DNA of 56,273 nucleotides from an uncultured bacterium. GTDB lineage: Bacteria > Ratteibacteria > UBA8468 > B48-G9 > JAFGKM01. The DNA is taken from the NCBI GenBank assembly GCA_964408175.1, contig CAYOYL010000238.1, forward strand, positions 1-56,273, read 5' to 3'. Numbering within the stretch: the stretch's first letter is position 1; each line of letters begins with the position of its first letter. A program made the position numbers and the translations under genes. Positions 51,792 through 56,273 of the stretch are shown piece after piece. Below the pieces are notes generated by a model, which made no database searches, was not told the origin of the DNA, and worked only from the letters and a program-made list of their open reading frames with translations.

Positions 51792-52553
51792 ATGGTACAG
51801 GTAATTGAAAGAGCATCAGTAATTCTGGAACACCTGAGCGACAAGGGGAAATTGTCATTGAACGACCTTTGCGTTTTGACGAAACTGAAGAAGCCGACCC
51901 TGTACGTTATCCTGAAAACGCTTAATGCTTTAGGATACGTCAAAAAGAATCAGGAGAAGGAATATCTCCTTGGAGATAAACTGCTTCATCTCACATATTC
52001 TTACCTGAAAAGAAATACCGTTTTGTCTGTCGCACAGGAAGTGGCAAACTCTCTTGCCGGAAGAATAAAAGAGACAGTGACTGTTGCTGCACTCTATGAA
52101 GGAGAACGTCATGTTGTAGCAAAGGTCTCTTCAGAGCAAAGCGTTATCGTCAATACGGATATGGTTAGACCCCAGTCCATTTATAGTATGCCTACGGGCA
52201 GGATACTGTTGGCGTATTTAGATGATAAGGAACTGAAAGAGGTTGTGGATGTTCAGGGATTACCTGATACTGAATGGTCTGGAATAAGGACATACAGAGC
52301 ATTAAAGCATGCGCTTTCAATCATAAAAAAACGGAATATGGCATATATGTTCTCTAATGACAAGCAGGCCTATTCACTGGCTGTACCTGTTCTTGGTCCT
52401 GATGGAAAGGCATGGGCATCTATTGGCGTTGGTCTGCCGTCTGTCCGTTTTAAAGGTAGGCATAAGGAAGATATCGTTAAAAGCCTTGTGTCAGAAAGCA
52501 AAAAGATGGGGCATGCAATTTCTCTTTTGACCGGGAAAAGATTTACTGAATAA
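51792..52553 (+). CDS. IclR-family transcriptional regulator
   Basis: 253 aa. N-terminal wHTH (RASVILEHLSDKGKLSLNDLCVLTKLKKPTLYVILKTLNALGYV) and a C-terminal IclR effector domain (AYSLAVPVLGPDGKAWASIGV). Confidence 0.9.
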   Translation: MVQVIERASVILEHLSDKGKLSLNDLCVLTKLKKPTLYVILKTLNALGYVKKNQEKEYLLGDKLLHLTYSYLKRNTVLSVAQEVANSLAGRIKETVTVAALYEGERHVVAKVSSEQSVIVNTDMVRPQSIYSMPTGRILLAYLDDKELKEVVDVQGLPDTEWSGIRTYRALKHALSIIKKRNMAYMFSNDKQAYSLAVPVLGPDGKAWASIGVGLPSVRFKGRHKEDIVKSLVSESKKMGHAISLLTGKRFTE

Positions 52554-52577
52554 ACAGTTTTATAGAAAGGAGCGAAT

Positions 52578-52778
52578 GTGGATTACAGGTACTTTATTAA
52601 TGGATGTACATTTTGCGGTACATGCGTTTCTTTATGTCCTGAAGAGGCAATTAAAATGACCGGTGATGGAGCTATCATTGAACAATCAATGTGCATTGGG
52701 TGTGGAATATGTTATGACAACTGTCCCTATGAGGCTGTCAAGAGATTAGAAATTGAAAAGGAGGCGTTAAATGGTTGA
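52578..52778 (+). CDS. 2x[4Fe-4S] ferredoxin
   Basis: 66 aa. GTG start with AAAGGAG 5 nt upstream. CTFCGTCVSLCP and CIGCGICYDNCP. Confidence 0.85.
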   Translation: MDYRYFINGCTFCGTCVSLCPEEAIKMTGDGAIIEQSMCIGCGICYDNCPYEAVKRLEIEKEALNG

Positions 52779-54246
52779 GTTGAACAGGAAAGATGGTGGA
52801 GTTGTTGAACCTCAGAGAGTAGTTCCGGTAGATAGTGACTATGACGTAATAGTGGTTGGAGGTGGAGTTGCAGGTGTAGGGGCAGGGATTGCTGCTTCCA
52901 GAGAAGGTTGCAAAACGCTGGTGATTGAATCCACTTCTGCTCTCGGTGGTCTGGCAACCGTTGGTCTGGTGAATATTCCAATGGACTATCTGTCAGGCAT
53001 CGGGGCAGAGATGTTCAAGGAATTGGAGGCCGTTAACGGACTCTGGCACCGGAACTCAGACCCGGAGAAACATAAACTGGTGCTGGACAGGATGATGAAG
53101 AAATATAACTGCGATGTTCTTCTTGTCACTGATGTAGTGGATTCTATCGTCAAAAACGGTAAGATATACGGTGTTGTTACAGAGAGCAAATCCGGGAGGA
53201 AGGCCTTCCTCTCTAAACGTGTTATTGATTGCTCAGGTGATGCAGATGCCAGTTATTTTGCAGGGGCAGAAGTGATGCAGGGTAGGGTTCCGGATGGAAT
53301 GAGCCAGGCGTGCTCTCTTGAGTTCAGATTGGGGGGGGTGGATTGGGATAAGTATTCGGAGTGGAGGCCGAAAGACCCAAGATGGATGGATACAATCAAA
53401 GAGTCTTTTGAGATGGGAGAACTGCCCTATATGATAGACAACCACCTGAACTGGTTGACCCATGTCCCTGGACGTCCCGAACACTGCGGCAAGGATGAGG
53501 TTAGTATCTGTTTTGCCCACTCAAGAAGGTGTTTCCCCCTGAATGTCAGGGACCTGACACGGATGTATATGGAAGGTCGTGAACAGGCTGATATTCTTTC
53601 AAGGTTTATCAAAAAAAGGATTCCCGGTTTTGAGAATTCTTACTTAGTGGATACAGCACCCCTTCTCGGAGTGCGGGAGAGCAGAAGGGTTGTTGGGGAG
53701 TATGTCCTGACCGCCTATGACCTTGCATCTCTACGGACGTTTGATGATGTAATAGCGATAAGTTATCACCAGTTTGACGTTCACGGTTGCGAAGAGCCTG
53801 GAAATCGGAAGTGGGCAGAACTGGAAATTAACGGAAAAAGAGAGTATGTGGTTGCCCACAAGGCAGGTCTGGGTACCACATTTCCCCCTCCTGCAGGAAG
53901 AAAACTGGTGAACTACCGCGGTGAAGATGCGGATAAGGCGGAGTGGCATGGGGCAAACTTCTTCCATGATATTCCATTTCGTTCTCTGATACCTGAAAGG
54001 ATAGATAATCTTCTGATAGCAGGAAGATGCCTGTCGGCAGATTTTATGGCACAGTCAGGGACCCGTCTGATAATGGCCTGTCTGGCAATGGGGGAGGCAG
54101 CAGGTACAGCCACGGCCCTTTCGTTAAAACAGAATATACCACCTCGCAGGGTTGACAGGCTGCAACTGCAGAATATGCTTATTTCACATAACTGTGACAT
54201 CGGGCAAAAGTACAGGGATATACCCGGACTGCCAAAAAACAATTAA
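52771..54246 (+). CDS. FAD-dependent oxidoreductase (FAD_oxidored-type)
   Basis: 491 aa. YDVIVVGGGVAGVGAGIAASREGCKTLVIES. C-terminal AGRCLS...GEAAGTA. 8-nt overlap with the ferredoxin gene. Confidence 0.85.
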   Translation: MVELNRKDGGVVEPQRVVPVDSDYDVIVVGGGVAGVGAGIAASREGCKTLVIESTSALGGLATVGLVNIPMDYLSGIGAEMFKELEAVNGLWHRNSDPEKHKLVLDRMMKKYNCDVLLVTDVVDSIVKNGKIYGVVTESKSGRKAFLSKRVIDCSGDADASYFAGAEVMQGRVPDGMSQACSLEFRLGGVDWDKYSEWRPKDPRWMDTIKESFEMGELPYMIDNHLNWLTHVPGRPEHCGKDEVSICFAHSRRCFPLNVRDLTRMYMEGREQADILSRFIKKRIPGFENSYLVDTAPLLGVRESRRVVGEYVLTAYDLASLRTFDDVIAISYHQFDVHGCEEPGNRKWAELEINGKREYVVAHKAGLGTTFPPPAGRKLVNYRGEDADKAEWHGANFFHDIPFRSLIPERIDNLLIAGRCLSADFMAQSGTRLIMACLAMGEAAGTATALSLKQNIPPRRVDRLQLQNMLISHNCDIGQKYRDIPGLPKNN

Positions 54247-54324
54247 GATATCTAATACAAACGCAGTAAATTAGTTGACAATCTGGAAGCTCAGATTTGA
54301 TGACAATTCAAGGCGCTACGAAGG

Positions 54325-54440
54325 AAAAGGGGACAGGCTACTTTTTCCATATTTAGTAGTAAGTTGAGGTTATTCCAAAAAACAATCACAGATTTCTTCC
54401 CTATTATAATTTAAGAATAAAAAGTAGCCTGTCCCCTTTT
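54325..54440. repeat. Inverted-repeat element copy 3 (22-bp perfect arms, 72-nt interior)
   Basis: AAAAGGGGACAGGCTACTTTTT (54325-54346) is exactly complementary to AAAAAGTAGCCTGTCCCCTTTT (54419-54440). It lies between two co-directional genes, 78 nt after the 54246 stop and 149 nt before the ldh ATG. Confidence 0.9.
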
Positions 54441-54589
54441 CCCTTTTGCTATCTACCCTTTAATTTGCTAAAATAGATAAAAGGTTTGAGAAGGAGTTGT
54501 TTAAGGAATGTTGCAAGACTATCTCCAAGAGAGAAGAGATTTAAAAGAGATAATTATCTATCCGAGTTTTTCTTGAACAGGATTAAAAA

Positions 54590-55555
54590 ATGATACAAAA
54601 CCTGAGACCCAAGATTTCTGTTATCGGAGGTGGTAATGTTGGTATCAGATACGCCTATGGTTTACTGATACGCGGATTAGGCAGGGAAATTGTTATCGTT
54701 GACATAGACAGAAAACGCATTGAAGGAGAGGTCGCTGACCTATCGCATGGTATGTCCTATGCACCAGGGCCTATACAGATAAGGGCTGGAGATTACGAAG
54801 ATATAGAGGGCTCGGAACTTGTTGTTATTACTGCAGGGAAAAAGCAGAAAGCAGGACAAACAAGGATGGATGTGGCAAAGGACAATGTGGCTATATTCAG
54901 GAAAATAATCCCTGAGATAACGAGATATGCCCCGGATGCTATTTTCCTTGTTGTAAGCAACCCGCTGGATGTGATGACATATGCAGCCTTTAGGTTTTCA
55001 GGGAAGCCGTCCTCTGAGGTTATAGGCTCCGGGACAGTCCTTGATTCCTCTCGTTTCAGGTATTTGCTTGCCGCAGAATGTATGGTTGATACGAGAAACA
55101 TACATGCATACATACTCGGTGAACACGGAGACACTGAATTTCCCGTGTGGAGCAAGGCAATGATAGGCGGTATGCTTTTCAATGAATACTGCAGAGAATA
55201 CTGCAACAAGAGGAAGACCTGTAATGTAAAACTGCACAGACAGCAGATAGTGGATGACGTAAAGAACTCTGCCTATAGAATAATAGAAAACAAGGGTGAA
55301 ACATCCTACGGGATAGGTCTTTCACTCGGCAGGATTACTCAATCTATTATCAACAATGAGAATGCAATTCTGCCGGTCTCTGTACATATGGAAGGCTACT
55401 ATGGTTTAGAAGGTTGTTACCTCAGTCTTCCATCTATTGTTAATAAGAAAGGTGTAAGAGAGGTTTTGGCATTGCAACTTGACGATGAAGAAAAAGATAA
55501 ACTTGAGTATTCCGCTGCCGCGATAAAAAAGGTTATCAAGGAAACAGGTCTGTAA
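54590..55555 (+). CDS. ldh: L-lactate dehydrogenase
   Basis: 321 aa. ISVIGGGNVGIRYAY. ITAGKKQKAGQTRMDV has Gln at the substrate-specificity position (Q = LDH, R = MDH). SNPLDVMTY. GEHGDTEFPVWS carries the catalytic His. Confidence 0.9.
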   Translation: MIQNLRPKISVIGGGNVGIRYAYGLLIRGLGREIVIVDIDRKRIEGEVADLSHGMSYAPGPIQIRAGDYEDIEGSELVVITAGKKQKAGQTRMDVAKDNVAIFRKIIPEITRYAPDAIFLVVSNPLDVMTYAAFRFSGKPSSEVIGSGTVLDSSRFRYLLAAECMVDTRNIHAYILGEHGDTEFPVWSKAMIGGMLFNEYCREYCNKRKTCNVKLHRQQIVDDVKNSAYRIIENKGETSYGIGLSLGRITQSIINNENAILPVSVHMEGYYGLEGCYLSLPSIVNKKGVREVLALQLDDEEKDKLEYSAAAIKKVIKETGL

Positions 55556-55783
55556 AGATACAAAACTGTTGTCTGTTCCCCAAAAGGCACAGATTTACCC
55601 TCATATAATTGGATTGCTCTATTCTTTTTTTTGTATTATTATCAACCTGTGGACAGACCATCTCTTCTAAAAACAAGGAATTCTCGCTTCTTGCTCTCAA
55701 ATAAACGCCTGTTTTATACCAGACTTCTTCCAATTTTTTAATTTAAACTTCAAACATATAAAAGCCGGGTGATTCTTAAGGGG

Positions 55784-55812
55784 TTGACAATAAATTAACT
55801 GGTCGGTATAAC
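55784..55812 (+). promoter_or_regulatory. Sigma70-type promoter in the AT-rich ORF-poor region after ldh
   Basis: TTGACA (55784-55789), a 17-nt spacer, then TATAAC (55807-55812). A second, weaker candidate is TTGACA (55868-55873), 17 nt, TAGCAA (55891-55896). Confidence 0.45.
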
Positions 55813-56118
55813 AGTAAAGGTAAAGAGTGTTCATTAGAGCAAAACCAAGGGTCCAGAAAGCAAGACCTTGACAGTTCAAAACAGTCCTCATAGCAATGCA
55901 ATAAATTAGATGTTTTATCTCCAGAGGAGGTATATAAACAGAATAAAAATTATTGATGTGACAAACAGAGACGGTGTGCAGATATAATTTTTCTTGCAAG
56001 GCATGCCAATGTTCATAATCAATTACCCCTCACTGATGATGAGTTGATATTTATTGCAGAACATCCTGAAGAGGTCAGAGAACTTTTAACGGTGACTCCA
56101 TAATAAAGGAACAAAAAT

Positions 56119-56273
56119 ATGAAAGAGATAATGGCATACGGGAAGAAGGAACTCTTGGAAAAAGTATGGGCTGTAGCACCAGGGATAAAGGATATCCTTG
56201 AATATTCCAGCAGTCTGAAGGATGTCCGTACTAAACTTTTCCAGTATATTAACAACACGGAGCGTGCGCTTTT
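56119..56273 (+). CDS. Hypothetical protein, 5' partial view (runs off the window)
   Basis: ATG at 56119 with AAAGGA 8 nt upstream. It is open for 51 codons to the window edge (MKEIMAYGKKELLEKVWAVAPGIKDILEYSSSLKDVRTKLFQYINNTERAL). The overlapping minus-strand ORF 56019-56258 is low-complexity and looks spurious. Confidence 0.4.
   Translation, partial: MKEIMAYGKKELLEKVWAVAPGIKDILEYSSSLKDVRTKLFQYINNTERAL

Noticed and set aside
55697-55999. A 100-aa minus-strand ORF in the AT-rich region after ldh.
   Set aside because: It is Cys/Tyr/Leu/Ile-rich and low-complexity, with no RBS and no motif. It overlaps two good plus-strand promoter candidates.
1-56273. CRISPR arrays, rRNA genes, prophage or integrase genes, restriction-modification, toxin-antitoxin or other known defence modules, reverse transcriptases, and secretion-system gene sets.
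   Set aside because: No regularly spaced direct repeats, no nuclease, helicase, methylase, RT or integrase motifs, and no structural phage genes were seen in any ORF. The only mobile-element protein is the rve transposase. The absence is judged by eye and should be confirmed with dedicated tools.

Overview
The window is a compact, AT-rich bacterial chromosome segment. Hand counts on sampled lines give about 32-40% GC, with a GC-richer block at roughly 34.9-41 kb. I can support about 50 protein genes, one tRNA-Asn(GUU), one intact rve/DDE insertion sequence and a three-member family of long inverted repeats. I saw no rRNA, CRISPR array, prophage or recognisable defence, restriction or toxin module.

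Gene content, left to right:
- An 8-gene, translationally coupled MoxR / DUF58 / BatA-vWA (Bat-like) operon on the minus strand (0.2-13.5 kb).
- An IS inserted just upstream of that operon's promoter.
- A ThuA / PPi-phosphofructokinase / enolase-superfamily trio.
- A PiT phosphate transporter with its DUF47 partner.
- A tight oxygen-defence cluster: ogg, Fur/PerR-like regulator, rubredoxin, flavodiiron protein, rubrerythrin-like protein, superoxide reductase, Dps-like ferritin, flavoprotein.
- A 713-aa EF-hand membrane protein of unknown function.
- mgtE and glnS.
- An LPS-type GT9 glycosyltransferase.
- A sulfatase / M14D carboxypeptidase / CBM9-like / glycosidase-like block.
- Gfo/Idh/MocA, DegT aminotransferase, alkaline phosphatase, MscS, URO-D family protein, ferredoxins, class II photolyase.
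- An IclR / ferredoxin / FAD-oxidoreductase module, then L-lactate dehydrogenase.

By inference only, this content suggests an oxygen-sensitive diderm of PVC or candidate-phylum type: DUF1080, sulfatase, ThuA, DUF4159, an SOR/FprA/rubredoxin set and no catalase seen.

I did not find an unambiguous new multi-gene system. The most unusual items are:
1. The dispersed 22-25 bp-armed inverted repeats (core GGGGACAGGCTAC) with unrelated interiors, sitting next to promoters.
2. A 21-bp duplication of the tRNA-Asn 3' end enclosing a structured 107-bp insert.
3. The extended Bat-like operon.
4. The orphan EF-hand membrane protein.
5. Recurrent C-run/G-run hairpins just upstream of two ribosome-binding sites.
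6. Several apparently leaderless promoter/ATG arrangements.

All functional calls come from motifs read by eye. No database search was run.
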